Of a stretch of DNA of 64,000 nt, positions 55,022 through 64,000 are shown in pieces. Where the stretch lies: positions 3,066 to 67,065 of the forward strand of contig DATBEL010000060.1 in assembly GCA_036276135.1 (NCBI GenBank), in the 5' to 3' direction. The notes beneath the pieces are model-generated. The model made no database searches, was not told where the DNA came from, and saw only the letters and a program-made list of their open reading frames with translations. Position numbers and translations under genes: made by a program. This stretch comes from Candidatus Dormiibacterota bacterium. Its GTDB lineage: Bacteria; Chloroflexota; Dormibacteria; Aeolococcales; Aeolococcaceae. How positions within the stretch are numbered: position 1 is the first letter of the stretch; each line of letters begins with the position of its first letter.

Positions 55022-56443
55022 ATGAAGCCGCCGCGTCTGCTCTCACCGGGTGCCGACGAGTGCGTCGAGCCGGATGGCCGCGCCCGCGGTCCCTACGCGG
55101 CGGTTCTCGACGAGGTCATGGCCAAGCCAGGCGAGCTGGTCAGGATCAGCCGCAGGGCACAGGACTGGTTCGCAGCACGGGATGTCACCTTCGGCATCCC
55201 CGCCGACGGGGTGGCGCCCATCTTCCCGTTCGACCCGATCCCCCGCATCATCGGTGCGTCGGAGTGGCGCAGCATGCACCGTGCGCTCTCCCAGCGGGCG
55301 ATGGCTCTCGACGCCTTCGTCTCAGACTGCTACGGATCGCAGCGGGCTCTGCGGCACGGAGTCGTGCCGGGCCGCCTGGTGTACAGCAGCACAGGGTACC
55401 TGCGCGACATCGTCGGGGTGCGCCCACCCCGAGCCACGTGGTGCCACGTCTGTGGGATCGACGTTGTGCGCGTCAACGGCGAGTTCTGCGTCCTCGAGGA
55501 CAACGTCCGCGTGCCCAGCGGGGTGGCCTACGCGCTCGAGGCTCGGCGCGCCATGGAGGAGCTGGCGCCCGGCTGGTTCACCATCAATGCGGTGCGGCGC
55601 ATCGACGAGTACACGACACGTCTGCGACGCATCCTCCAGCGCATCGCTCCGCGTCCCTGGGAGGCTGCCATCGTGGTGCTGACCCCGGGCCCGTACAACG
55701 CCGCGTATTACGAGCACAGGCTTCTCGCCGATCAGATGGGCGCGACGCTGGTGGAGGGATACGAGCTGATCGTCTCGGAGGACGAGGTCTACCGCCGCGC
55801 TGCAGACGGCGGCATGCACCGCGTCGACGTGATCTATTCGCGCGTCAACAGCGAGTGGATCGACCCGCTGGTCTTCCGCAGCGAGTCGATGCTGGGCGCG
55901 CCCGGCATCATCGAGGCGTGGCGCCGGGGCAACGTCGCCATCGCCAACGCACCCGGCACCGGCGTCGCCGACGACAAGGCGATCTACCCGTTCGTGCCGG
56001 CAATGATCCGCTACTACCTCGGTGAGGAACCGCTCATCGACAACGTGCCGACCTTCGACCTGAGCGACCGTGTCCAGCGCGACCACGTCATCGCCAACCT
56101 CGACCGGATGGTGCTCAAGCCGGTGGACACCAGCGGCGGCTACGACATCCACTTCGGCAGGCTCGCCAACGCGCATGATCGCGCTGAGATCGTGCGCCGG
56201 ATCGAGGCCATGCCCCGGCACTGGCTTGCACAGGAGGAGGTTCCGTTGAGCAAGGCGCTCTGCCTGCGCGCGGACGGCGAGCTCGAACCGCGCGCGGTGG
56301 ACCTCCGTCCGTTCGTGCTGCTCGATGAGCGCCCGTGGATATCACCAGGCGGTCTGACCCGGGTCGCCGCCGATTCACAGACATTGGTGGTCAACTCATC
56401 GCAGGGCGGAGGCAGCAAGGACACATGGGTTCTGAGTCGCTGA
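55022..56443 (+). CDS. circularly permuted type-2 ATP-grasp protein (COG2308-like)
   Basis: About 473 aa. Contains FPFDPIPRII, VLEDNVRVPSG, IANAPGTGVADDKAIYPFVP, LKPVDTSGGYDI and VNSSQGGGSKDTWV. ATG 55022; the ORF track starts at TTG 55019. Confidence 0.88.
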   Translation: MKPPRLLSPGADECVEPDGRARGPYAAVLDEVMAKPGELVRISRRAQDWFAARDVTFGIPADGVAPIFPFDPIPRIIGASEWRSMHRALSQRAMALDAFVSDCYGSQRALRHGVVPGRLVYSSTGYLRDIVGVRPPRATWCHVCGIDVVRVNGEFCVLEDNVRVPSGVAYALEARRAMEELAPGWFTINAVRRIDEYTTRLRRILQRIAPRPWEAAIVVLTPGPYNAAYYEHRLLADQMGATLVEGYELIVSEDEVYRRAADGGMHRVDVIYSRVNSEWIDPLVFRSESMLGAPGIIEAWRRGNVAIANAPGTGVADDKAIYPFVPAMIRYYLGEEPLIDNVPTFDLSDRVQRDHVIANLDRMVLKPVDTSGGYDIHFGRLANAHDRAEIVRRIEAMPRHWLAQEEVPLSKALCLRADGELEPRAVDLRPFVLLDERPWISPGGLTRVAADSQTLVVNSSQGGGSKDTWVLSR

Positions 56444-57330
56444 CCTACGCGGTCTCGCACCGCACCACGCTGCGCTACACCGAGTCCGTGGGGATCTCGT
56501 TCAATGAGGTCCGGATGCGGCCGCGCGACCGTGGCTCGCAGCGGACCCTGACGTTCTCGTTGCTGTGCAACCCCGCGGCGGTGCCGCGCAGTCGCGTCGA
56601 CTATTTCGGCAACTATGTGCACCGCGTAGACGTCACCACACCGCACGACGTCCTCGAGTTCAGCATGGAGGCCGTGGTGGAGAACAGCGAGCCGCGACGG
56701 CGGCGGATGCCCACGTGGAACCCTGACGTGCTGGCCGGCGACCCCCGGCTGGAGTTCGCCCTGCCCAGCCCGCGGGTGCCCGTCGGAGCGCTGACGAACG
56801 ACCTGTGGCGAGCGTGGAACGGCGAGGACCGCGGATTCGATGCCGTGCTGGCCACCGCGCGGCGCATCCCCGAGGAGTTGCGCTACGTCGCGGGCGCGAC
56901 CACGGTGGAATCAAGCATCGAGGATCTGCTCGAGGGCGGAGCCGGCGTGTGCCAGGACTTCACCCACCTCTTCCTCGCGATGCTCCGCGGGGCGGGATGG
57001 CCGGCGCGCTATGTCAGCGGCTACCTGGGCCCGTCCGGAGAGGCGACGGTGCTCGAAGGCCAATCGCACGCCTGGGTGGAGGTGTGTGGGGCCGAGGGGC
57101 GATGGGTCGGCCTCGATCCAACCCACGGCACGTACATCGGCCCACACCATCTCCGTCTGGCCGTGGGTCGTGACTACGGCGATGTCGCCCCCCACCGTGG
57201 GCTCTTCTACGGGACCTCCGCGGGCGCGGCCCCCGAGGTCACGGTCCGGGTCACTCTGCTGTCGCATCAACAGGCCGAGACCGTGCAACGCGGCGCCGCG
57301 GTGCACTGGCAGCAGCAGCAGCAGCAGTAG
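56425..57330 (+). CDS. transglutaminase-like cysteine-protease-fold protein (Bact_transglu_N + TGase core), poly-Gln C-terminus
   Basis: ATG 56425 overlaps the ATP-grasp 3' end by 19 nt. Contains GVCQDF, SHAWVEV and LDPTHG, and ends in WQQQQQQ. Confidence 0.85.
   Translation: MGSESLTYAVSHRTTLRYTESVGISFNEVRMRPRDRGSQRTLTFSLLCNPAAVPRSRVDYFGNYVHRVDVTTPHDVLEFSMEAVVENSEPRRRRMPTWNPDVLAGDPRLEFALPSPRVPVGALTNDLWRAWNGEDRGFDAVLATARRIPEELRYVAGATTVESSIEDLLEGGAGVCQDFTHLFLAMLRGAGWPARYVSGYLGPSGEATVLEGQSHAWVEVCGAEGRWVGLDPTHGTYIGPHHLRLAVGRDYGDVAPHRGLFYGTSAGAAPEVTVRVTLLSHQQAETVQRGAAVHWQQQQQQ
57310..57327 (+). repeat. (CAG)6 trinucleotide repeat encoding the terminal Gln6
   Basis: Read directly: cagcagcagcagcagcag followed by tag. 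Confidence 0.95.
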
Positions 57331-57433
57331 CGCGGGCGACCTCGACACACCTCCGTCTGGCGTTCACACCGTCTGCACAACCGGCGTCCATCCTGCTTGA
57401 CAGATCAACCGTCACCCTCAAGGGAGATACGTC

Positions 57434-57745
57434 ATGCAGAACCGTCAAATCCGCGGCCTCTTCGGGCTCGTCGCCATCGGCGCCGCAACCGCTGTCGGGA
57501 TCACCACCCACGACGCCGGCTTCACCGCACTCACCTTCATCGGGGCACTGCTGGTGCCGCGCATCCTCGGCATCAGTGGCCGTCACCGCCACGGTTTCGG
57601 CTGCGGCGCTCGGGATGATGGCGGACCCGGCGGTCGCAACCACATGCGGGATCGCTTCGAGCAGCGGCTCGAGTCCTGGCACAGCCAGGCCCATGGCGGG
57701 TCGGGCGCCGACCCGGCCGCATCCAGCACGCCAGCCGGCGCCTGA
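57434..57745 (+). CDS. hypothetical small membrane protein with His/Gly/Arg-rich tail
   Basis: ATG follows AGGGAGA. It has two hydrophobic helices and then GRHRHGFGCG...RNHMRDRFEQRLESWHSQAHGG. It lies 71 nt upstream of the response regulator. Confidence 0.5.
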   Translation: MQNRQIRGLFGLVAIGAATAVGITTHDAGFTALTFIGALLVPRILGISGRHRHGFGCGARDDGGPGGRNHMRDRFEQRLESWHSQAHGGSGADPAASSTPAGA

Positions 57746-57816
57746 TCGCGCTGCGAGCCGGGACCATCGCGACGGTCCCGGCTCGGTCGCAATCACAGGT
57801 CTAGGATGGCTCTCCC

Positions 57817-58502
<686 letters not shown>

Positions 58503-58506
<4 letters not shown>

Positions 58507-59624
58507 ACCCGCGTCATCGGGGCCGCCCTCGCTGGGGCGACGGCGGCGGGCGCCCCCCGTGGTGGCCGGAGAACCGCCCCTGGCCACCGCGCCAGGGCGA
58601 GGACTGGCGGCGGCAGGGCAGGCACATGGCGCGGCGCGTCGGCTGCGCCGCGCTCGTGTTGATCGTCGTCCTGGCGGGCACCGGGACCGCGCTGGTCTGG
58701 TTGTTGCTGAGCGTCACCGGCGCGGTGAGCTCGCCGCCGTTCGCGCGCGTCATCAGCGGCGTGGTCCTGCTGCTCGGCATCGGCGCGGTGCTCCTCGCCG
58801 CGGTCGTCCTGCGCCGGTTGACCGCTCCGGCGGCGCGCATCGTCGAGGCTGCGCAGCGCATCGAGGCCGGCGACTACTCCGCGCGGGTGCCGGTGCGCGG
58901 GCCCAGCGAGCTGCGCATGGTGGCGCGGGCATTCAATGCCATGAGCGGCCGGCTCGAGGCCGACGAGGCGCGCCGCCGTTCTGTCCTCGCTGACGTGGCC
59001 CACGAGCTGCGCACCCCGATCACCGTCATCCGCGGGCAGGCCGAGGGGATCATCGACGGCGTCTACGCGGCGGACGCCGAACAGCTGCGCCCGGTTCTCG
59101 CGGCCACGCGCTCGCTCGAGGTGCTCGTCGACGACCTGCGCACGCTGGCGCTGGCCGAGGCCGGCGCGCTGCAGCTGTACAGAGAACAGGTCGACGTCGC
59201 CATCCTCGTCGAGGACACCTTCAGCGCCTTCCGCGACGCAGCCGCATTCCAGCGCGTCCAGCTCAGCGCCGACGTCGACCCCGCCGGCCTCACGGTGGAC
59301 GCTGACTCGGTCAGGTTGCGGAGCGTGCTCGCCAACCTGGTCGGCAACGCGCTGCGACACACGCACGCCGGAGGCACGGTGCGCATCGTTGCGGGACGGG
59401 TGGGTCCCGACGTGCGGATCACCGTGCACGATGACGGCGATGGCATACCGGCCGACCTGCTGCCCCGCGTGTTCGATCGGTTCGTCAAGGGCACCGACTC
59501 GGTTGGGTCGGGATTGGGACTGTCGATCGTGCGCGACATCGTCGAAGCGCACGGTGGCGCGGTGACCGCGTCCAGCGGGGAAGGTGCCGGCACCGAGGTG
59601 ACGCTGACGGTCCCGTCGCCCTAG
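58503..59624 (+). CDS. sensor histidine kinase (2 TM, HAMP, HisKA, HATPase_c)
   Basis: GTG overlaps the RR stop (GTGA). Has H-box HELRTP, N-box NLVGNALRH, G1 DDGDGIP and G2 GSGLGLSIV. The N-terminal cytoplasmic tail is Arg/Pro/Trp-rich. Confidence 0.9.
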
Positions 59625-60631
59625 GAGGCGTTGGCCCCGAGCCCGCGGCGAGCCGCGACCCTGTCCAGGTGCCAGTCGCCGCGGCCGAGGAGGTGTCCCG
59701 ACGCCACCGCACGACGCAGCAACAGGTGACAGTCGTGCTCCCAGGTGAAGCCGATGCCACCGTGCACCTGCAGGGACGCCGTCGTGGTTCGCCACGCACC
59801 CTGTGACGCCGCCACCTTGGCGACGGACGCCGCGAAGGGCAGGGAGCCGGCGTCGTTGTCCGCCGTCCAGGCGGCGCAGAGAACAGCGGAGCGCGCGCTC
59901 TCGACGTCGATCAGCATGTCGGCGCAGCGGTGCGACACTGCCTGGTACACACCGATGGGCCGGCCGAACTGCTCACGGGTGCGCGCATGCTCGACGGCGA
60001 GATCCATCGCGCGGTTGGCCACGCCGACCAACTCCGCGCTGAGTGCCACCTCGACGCGGTCGACGGCCGCGTCGACGTCCCCGCGCAGGTCATCGGCGGC
60101 CCCGATGGTGACCCGCGTCAGCCGCCGCGTGATGTCGACGCCGTCGGTCTTCTCGAAGGTGCAGGCGTCGGCGGCGACGACCGCCGCCCGCCCCGGCTCG
60201 ACCAGCAGCAGCGCCGCGGCACCCTCGGCGTCGTAGGCGAGTGCTGTGCCATCGGGTTGCCAGGTGCCCAGCGCCCCACGCGCCTCACCACTGGCGAAAC
60301 CGGGCAACCAGCGTCGCCGCTGCTCGTCGTCGCCGGCAGCGGCGACGAGCACGGCCGCCGCGGCGTTGCCGAAGAAGGCTGACGGCGCCAGCGCGCGGCC
60401 GAGGCCCTCGCACACCAACGTCAGCTCGACAGTTCCCAGCCCCTGGCCGCCGTGCTCCTCGGACACCGCGATGCCCGTCCACCCCGCCGCGACGAGCTCG
60501 CGCCACAGCGCTGAGTCGTCGCTGGTCCCGGCGCCGTACCCGCGGGCGGCCGCGGAATCCCAGCGCGACCGGCAGAGCTCGTCGATGGCATCGCGGACCG
60601 CGCGCTGGTCGTCGGTGAGGTCAAAGCGCAT
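59621..60631 (-). CDS. acyl-CoA dehydrogenase-family protein, short (beta-type subunit candidate)
   Basis: 336 aa with ACAD N, middle and C folds (DLTDDQRAVRDAIDEL, GIGFTWEHD). It lacks the C-terminal (Y/I)EG(T/G)SE catalytic-Glu motif. Confidence 0.83.
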   Translation of the reverse strand: MRFDLTDDQRAVRDAIDELCRSRWDSAAARGYGAGTSDDSALWRELVAAGWTGIAVSEEHGGQGLGTVELTLVCEGLGRALAPSAFFGNAAAAVLVAAAGDDEQRRRWLPGFASGEARGALGTWQPDGTALAYDAEGAAALLLVEPGRAAVVAADACTFEKTDGVDITRRLTRVTIGAADDLRGDVDAAVDRVEVALSAELVGVANRAMDLAVEHARTREQFGRPIGVYQAVSHRCADMLIDVESARSAVLCAAWTADNDAGSLPFAASVAKVAASQGAWRTTTASLQVHGGIGFTWEHDCHLLLRRAVASGHLLGRGDWHLDRVAARRGLGANAS

Positions 60632-60640
60632 CCGGTGTGC

Positions 60641-61774
60641 TCAGCGCATCCGCGGGAGGTTGAGCACCCGCTCGGCGAGGATGTTGCGCTGGATCTCCGA
60701 CGTGCCTCCCTCGATCGAGTTGGCACGAGCGCGCAGCATCGAGTGCGTCCACACCGGGTCGGTGACCAGCGCCTCAGCCCCGAGCACGTCCATGGCCAGC
60801 TCGCCGACGCGCTGGTTGATGTCCGCCCACTGGATCTTGGCCATCGACCCCTCGGGGCCGGGCACGCCGTGTTCGATCACCCGCGACAGTCCGCGGTAGC
60901 CGTTCAGTCGCATGGTCTCGGTGGCCACCACCAACGCGCCCAGCCGGCGACTCAAGGTGACGTCGTGCTGCTCACCGCGTTCGCGGATCAGCTCGGCGAG
61001 CTCGTCGAGCTTGATCTGGATGGCGAGCGCTGACGCCGCGCTGAGGCCGGCGCGCTCGAACATCAGGGTGGTGATGGCGACCTTCCAGCCGTCGCCGACC
61101 GCGCCGACGACGTTCTCGTCGGGCACCACCGCTCCGTTGAAGAAGATCTCGTTGAACTCGGAATCGCCGGTGGCCTGGCGGAGCGGCCGCACCTCGACGC
61201 CGGGCTGCTTCATGTCGCAGATGAAGAACGTGAGATTGCGATGACGATCGTCGCCGCCTGTCTTGGCGAGCAACATGCACCACTTGGCCCGGTGCGCGTA
61301 CGAGGTCCACACCTTCTGGCCGTTCACCGTCCAGCCGCCGTCGCCGCGCACCGCCTGCGTGGTCAGCGCAGCCAGGTCGCTGCCGGCATTCGGTTCGCTG
61401 AACCCCTGGCACCAGATCTCATCACCGCTGAGGATCGGCGCCAGGAAGCGGGAGCGCTGCGCATCGGTGCCCTCGTTGATGATGACCGGGCCACCCATCA
61501 CCAGCCCGATGATGTTGGCCGGCGACGGCGCCCGGGCGCGCACCAGCTCCTCGTTGAAGATCGCCTGCTCCATCAGCGTGGCGCCCCGCCCCCCGTGCTC
61601 GCGCGGCCAGGAGATGCCGGAGTACCCGGCGTCGAAGAGCGTCCGCTGCCAGCGCAGCCGGTGCTCGAGAGATCCCTCGGGGCTCGCGGGTTCCACTCCA
61701 GGGTGGTTGGCGACGAGCCACTCGCGAAGCTCGTCGCGGAACGCCACCTCGGCGGGCGTGAGGCTCAGGTCCAC
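60641..61774 (-). CDS. acyl-CoA dehydrogenase
   Basis: 377 aa, GTG start. Contains WCQGFSEPNAGSDLA, GQKVWTS and IEGGTSEIQRNI (catalytic Glu region). Confidence 0.92.
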   Translation of the reverse strand: MDLSLTPAEVAFRDELREWLVANHPGVEPASPEGSLEHRLRWQRTLFDAGYSGISWPREHGGRGATLMEQAIFNEELVRARAPSPANIIGLVMGGPVIINEGTDAQRSRFLAPILSGDEIWCQGFSEPNAGSDLAALTTQAVRGDGGWTVNGQKVWTSYAHRAKWCMLLAKTGGDDRHRNLTFFICDMKQPGVEVRPLRQATGDSEFNEIFFNGAVVPDENVVGAVGDGWKVAITTLMFERAGLSAASALAIQIKLDELAELIRERGEQHDVTLSRRLGALVVATETMRLNGYRGLSRVIEHGVPGPEGSMAKIQWADINQRVGELAMDVLGAEALVTDPVWTHSMLRARANSIEGGTSEIQRNILAERVLNLPRMR

Positions 61775-61808
61775 GGCGCCGCAGCGTACCTCATGGCCGG
61801 CGCATGGC

Positions 61809-63359
61809 TCAGCAGGGCACCGCGACCAGCTGGCGGAGCGCCTTGCGATCCAGCTTGCCCACGCTGGTCAGCGGCACGCTGTCGACCACCCGTATCTCGC
61901 GCGGGTACTTGGTCGACGCGAGGTGCGTGCGCGCAAACGCCACCAGGTCGCCGGCGTCAACGGTCGCACCGGGACGCAGGCTCACGAAGGCGACCACCTC
62001 CTCGCCCAGCCGCGGGTCGGGGCGGCCCACCACGCCGGCCATGGCGACCTGGGGGTGGGAGAGCAGGACGTCCTCGACGTCTCGCGGAAAGACGTTGAAG
62101 CCGCCGCGCAGGATGAGGTCCTTCTTGCGGTCGACGACGTACAGGTAGCCATCGGAATCGAGGTGGCCGATGTCACCGGTGTGCAGCCAGCCACCACGAA
62201 GCACGGTGGCCGTCTCCTCGGCGGCGTTCCAGTATCCCGCCATGACGAACGGGCTGCGCACACAGATCTCGCCGTCCTCGCCAACCGCGAGAGCTGCGTC
62301 GTCGTCGTCCACGATCTGCACGACGCACCCGGCGATGGGGACGCCGACGCTGCCGAGCTTTCGTCTCCCCGGCGGTGTGGACGAGATCACCGCGGACGTC
62401 TCAGTGCATCCATAACCCTCGAGGATCTCCGCGGATGGCACGCGGCGCTCGAACTCGCGGAGCACATCCATCGACAGCGGAGCCGCGCCGCTGCTGACAT
62501 AGATGAGGGAGCTGAGGTCGGCGTTCTCGAGCGGTTCGCCGAGCAGCATCTGCACCATCGCCGGCACCAGGGCGGAGCGCTGCGCCCTCCATCGCTGTGC
62601 CAACGACACCCACTCGCCGGGGTTGAACCAGCGCTGCACGATGGACAGCCCCGGTTCGACGGCGTGCATGCCGACGACGGTCACGATCATCCCGTACGCA
62701 TGCGACAGCGGAAGTGGCACCAGAATGCGGGTCAGCCCGGGAACGTACGACGTCTCCCACGAGCTCCTGGCGCAGGCCCAGAGGTTGTCGTGGCTCAGCG
62801 CCACGCCCTTGGCGCGGCCGGTGGTGCCACCGGTGTACATCAACGCCGCGAGCTGGCGGTCATCGCGCTCGACGCGCGGGCGCTCCGCGGCTCGCTCGAG
62901 ATCGCTGAAGTCGAGCACGCGTGGGCCGGCGCCGGCGGCGTCGTTTGGTGCCGCGGGCAGACCGGCGACGACGACGTGGCGAACCGCGCCGACGTCGTGT
63001 GCGGCGTCCAGGACGGTTGCCAGCAGCTCGCCGGTGGTGACCACGACGACCGCGCCCGAATCGACGAGGATGTGGTGCAGCTCGGCGGGCGTGACCAGGA
63101 ACACGACCGGGGTGACCACCGCACCGGCGCGCCACACCGCGTTGTAGGTGACCAAGACCTCGGGACAGTTGGCCATCACCACGACAACGCGGTCGCCGGG
63201 CGTCACACCGAGCTCGGCGAGCCCACCGGCGACGCGACGCGCCCGTTCGGCCAGCTCCGCCGACCGGAAGGTGCGCTCCTCGAACACGAGGGCGTCGTGG
63301 TCACCGAGCCGGTCCTGCGTGCTCTCGGCCAGCAACGCGAGGTTGTGCGACTCAGCCAC
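61809..63359 (-). CDS. AMP-dependent acyl-CoA synthetase/ligase
   Basis: ORF trimmed to GTG 63359, overlapping the upstream stop by 8 nt. Contains YTGGTTGRAKGV, EGYGCTE, TGDIG and SVGKLDRK. Confidence 0.9.
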   Translation of the reverse strand: MAESHNLALLAESTQDRLGDHDALVFEERTFRSAELAERARRVAGGLAELGVTPGDRVVVVMANCPEVLVTYNAVWRAGAVVTPVVFLVTPAELHHILVDSGAVVVVTTGELLATVLDAAHDVGAVRHVVVAGLPAAPNDAAGAGPRVLDFSDLERAAERPRVERDDRQLAALMYTGGTTGRAKGVALSHDNLWACARSSWETSYVPGLTRILVPLPLSHAYGMIVTVVGMHAVEPGLSIVQRWFNPGEWVSLAQRWRAQRSALVPAMVQMLLGEPLENADLSSLIYVSSGAAPLSMDVLREFERRVPSAEILEGYGCTETSAVISSTPPGRRKLGSVGVPIAGCVVQIVDDDDAALAVGEDGEICVRSPFVMAGYWNAAEETATVLRGGWLHTGDIGHLDSDGYLYVVDRKKDLILRGGFNVFPRDVEDVLLSHPQVAMAGVVGRPDPRLGEEVVAFVSLRPGATVDAGDLVAFARTHLASTKYPREIRVVDSVPLTSVGKLDRKALRQLVAVPC

Positions 63360-63864
63360 GCGCGTCCTCGGGCGGTGCTCCCGTCGCGTCCGGCGCCGCA
63401 TGCCGGCCGAAGGGTCCCCCGTCGGGGAGCACCAGCTGCGTGCACCTGCTGGTCGCCAGCAGGCGGTCGTCGACGCCGAACATCTCGGCCGAGCAGAACA
63501 CCACCCGCCGGGTGCGACGGACGACCGCTCCCACAGCCCGGAGAAGCTCAGGCCGGGACACGCGCAGGAACTCGACGCGCAGGTCCGCGGTGAGGAACAC
63601 CTCATCACTGTTCAGCACCGTCCAGCACGCGCCGCCCATTGCCGAGTCGAGCAGAGCTGTCACCAGGCCACCCTGCACCACCGGTCCGTCGGCGGTGGGA
63701 AAGCAGTAGTCGGCAGTGGCCTGCCATTCGATGGTGGTCGACCCCGGCTGCCAGTCGACGCGGCGGTAGTCGAGGGTGCGCCATACGTGCGGGCCCGCGA
63801 CGTCGCTCGATCCCCACGCCCGCGCGTCGTGAAAGCGGTCGCCCGGAGCGATCCCCTCGCTCAT
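63352..63864 (-). CDS. PaaI-family hotdog-fold thioesterase
   Basis: 170 aa, ATG start. VQGGLVTALLDSAMGGAC is typical of PaaI/4HBT-like thioesterases. Confidence 0.78.
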   Translation of the reverse strand: MSEGIAPGDRFHDARAWGSSDVAGPHVWRTLDYRRVDWQPGSTTIEWQATADYCFPTADGPVVQGGLVTALLDSAMGGACWTVLNSDEVFLTADLRVEFLRVSRPELLRAVGAVVRRTRRVVFCSAEMFGVDDRLLATSRCTQLVLPDGGPFGRHAAPDATGAPPEDARG

Positions 63865-63874
63865 CCGCGGGTGT

Positions 63875-64000
63875 TCAACTGCGCAGCGCCGCCGCGAAGA
63901 TGCCGGGAACGTGCCGGACCGAGCGGTGTGCCTCGAACCGGGTCAGCCGTTCACTGACCAGGTGGGCGCGACGGTGGGTCACGAACCACGGCGGCGTCGG
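63875..64000 (-). CDS. 3' end of an unidentified gene (partial, runs off window end)
   Basis: Open high-GC3 frame from the window edge reads ...PPWFVTHRRAHLVSERLTRFEAHRSVRHVPGIFAAALRS then TGA at 63875-63877. It is on the same strand as the downstream operon. Confidence 0.3.
   Translation of the reverse strand, partial: PTPPWFVTHRRAHLVSERLTRFEAHRSVRHVPGIFAAALRS

Noticed and set aside
57310-57327. (CAG)6 / Gln6 tail as a contingency (phase-variable) locus
   Set aside because: A repeat unit of 3 nt keeps the frame regardless of copy number, and the tract sits at the extreme C-terminus. It is most likely neutral low complexity, so it is listed as a repeat feature only.
61263-63593. 776-aa + strand ORF
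   Set aside because: It is antisense to the ACAD and acyl-CoA synthetase genes, so it is a shadow ORF.

Overview
The window is very GC-rich, with a strong G/C preference at third codon positions, and is densely packed with genes. It looks like core chromosome of an Actinomycetota-type bacterium. Supporting evidence: an ino1/acyltransferase/pimA/pgsA phosphatidylinositol-lipid operon, a primary sigma-70 with region 1.1, an F420-type PPOX protein, an AdaA-AlkA plus Ogt pair, and many 4-nt ATGA/GTGA gene overlaps. I call about 70 CDS, 2 tRNAs, 1 TPP riboswitch, a few hairpin terminators and two candidate operators. I see no transposase, integrase, phage, CRISPR or toxin-antitoxin signal and no obvious compositional island. 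The ORF track accepts ATG, GTG and TTG starts and translates each as M, so many listed ORFs are 5'-over-extended. Many others are GC-driven shadow ORFs antisense to real genes. I re-derived starts from homology-type N-termini, Shine-Dalgarno motifs and stop/start overlaps. Functional blocks: (1) dxs region. (2) Nitrogen block: glnA, ferredoxin, amtB-glnK, PucR regulator, GS-like ligase, GH1 glycosidase. (3) holB and PI/PIM lipid block. (4) MerR / diiron protein / FIST / GAF-GGDEF-EAL operon. (5) tRNA-Glu and gltX. (6) TPP riboswitch with thiD-thiM-thiE and a divergent NCS1 permease. (7) cNMP-binding protein, rpoD and a degenerate EAL protein. (8) Alkylation repair. (9) DEAD-box helicase and typA. 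(10) Circularly permuted ATP-grasp with three transglutaminase-like genes. (11) OmpR/HK two-component system. (12) Acyl-CoA synthetase, paired acyl-CoA dehydrogenases and a thioesterase. Most worth a second look: a perfectly folded 73-nt class-I tRNA with a GUA anticodon, C1:G72 and A73, which is not the usual bacterial tRNA-Tyr architecture. Next is the MerR/diiron/FIST/c-di-GMP operon, which has a triple CACTTG hexamer operator candidate. Then an Alpha-E-less ATP-grasp/transglutaminase cluster, and an ArsR regulator translationally coupled to ino1. No database search was possible; all product calls rest on motifs I recognise in the translations.
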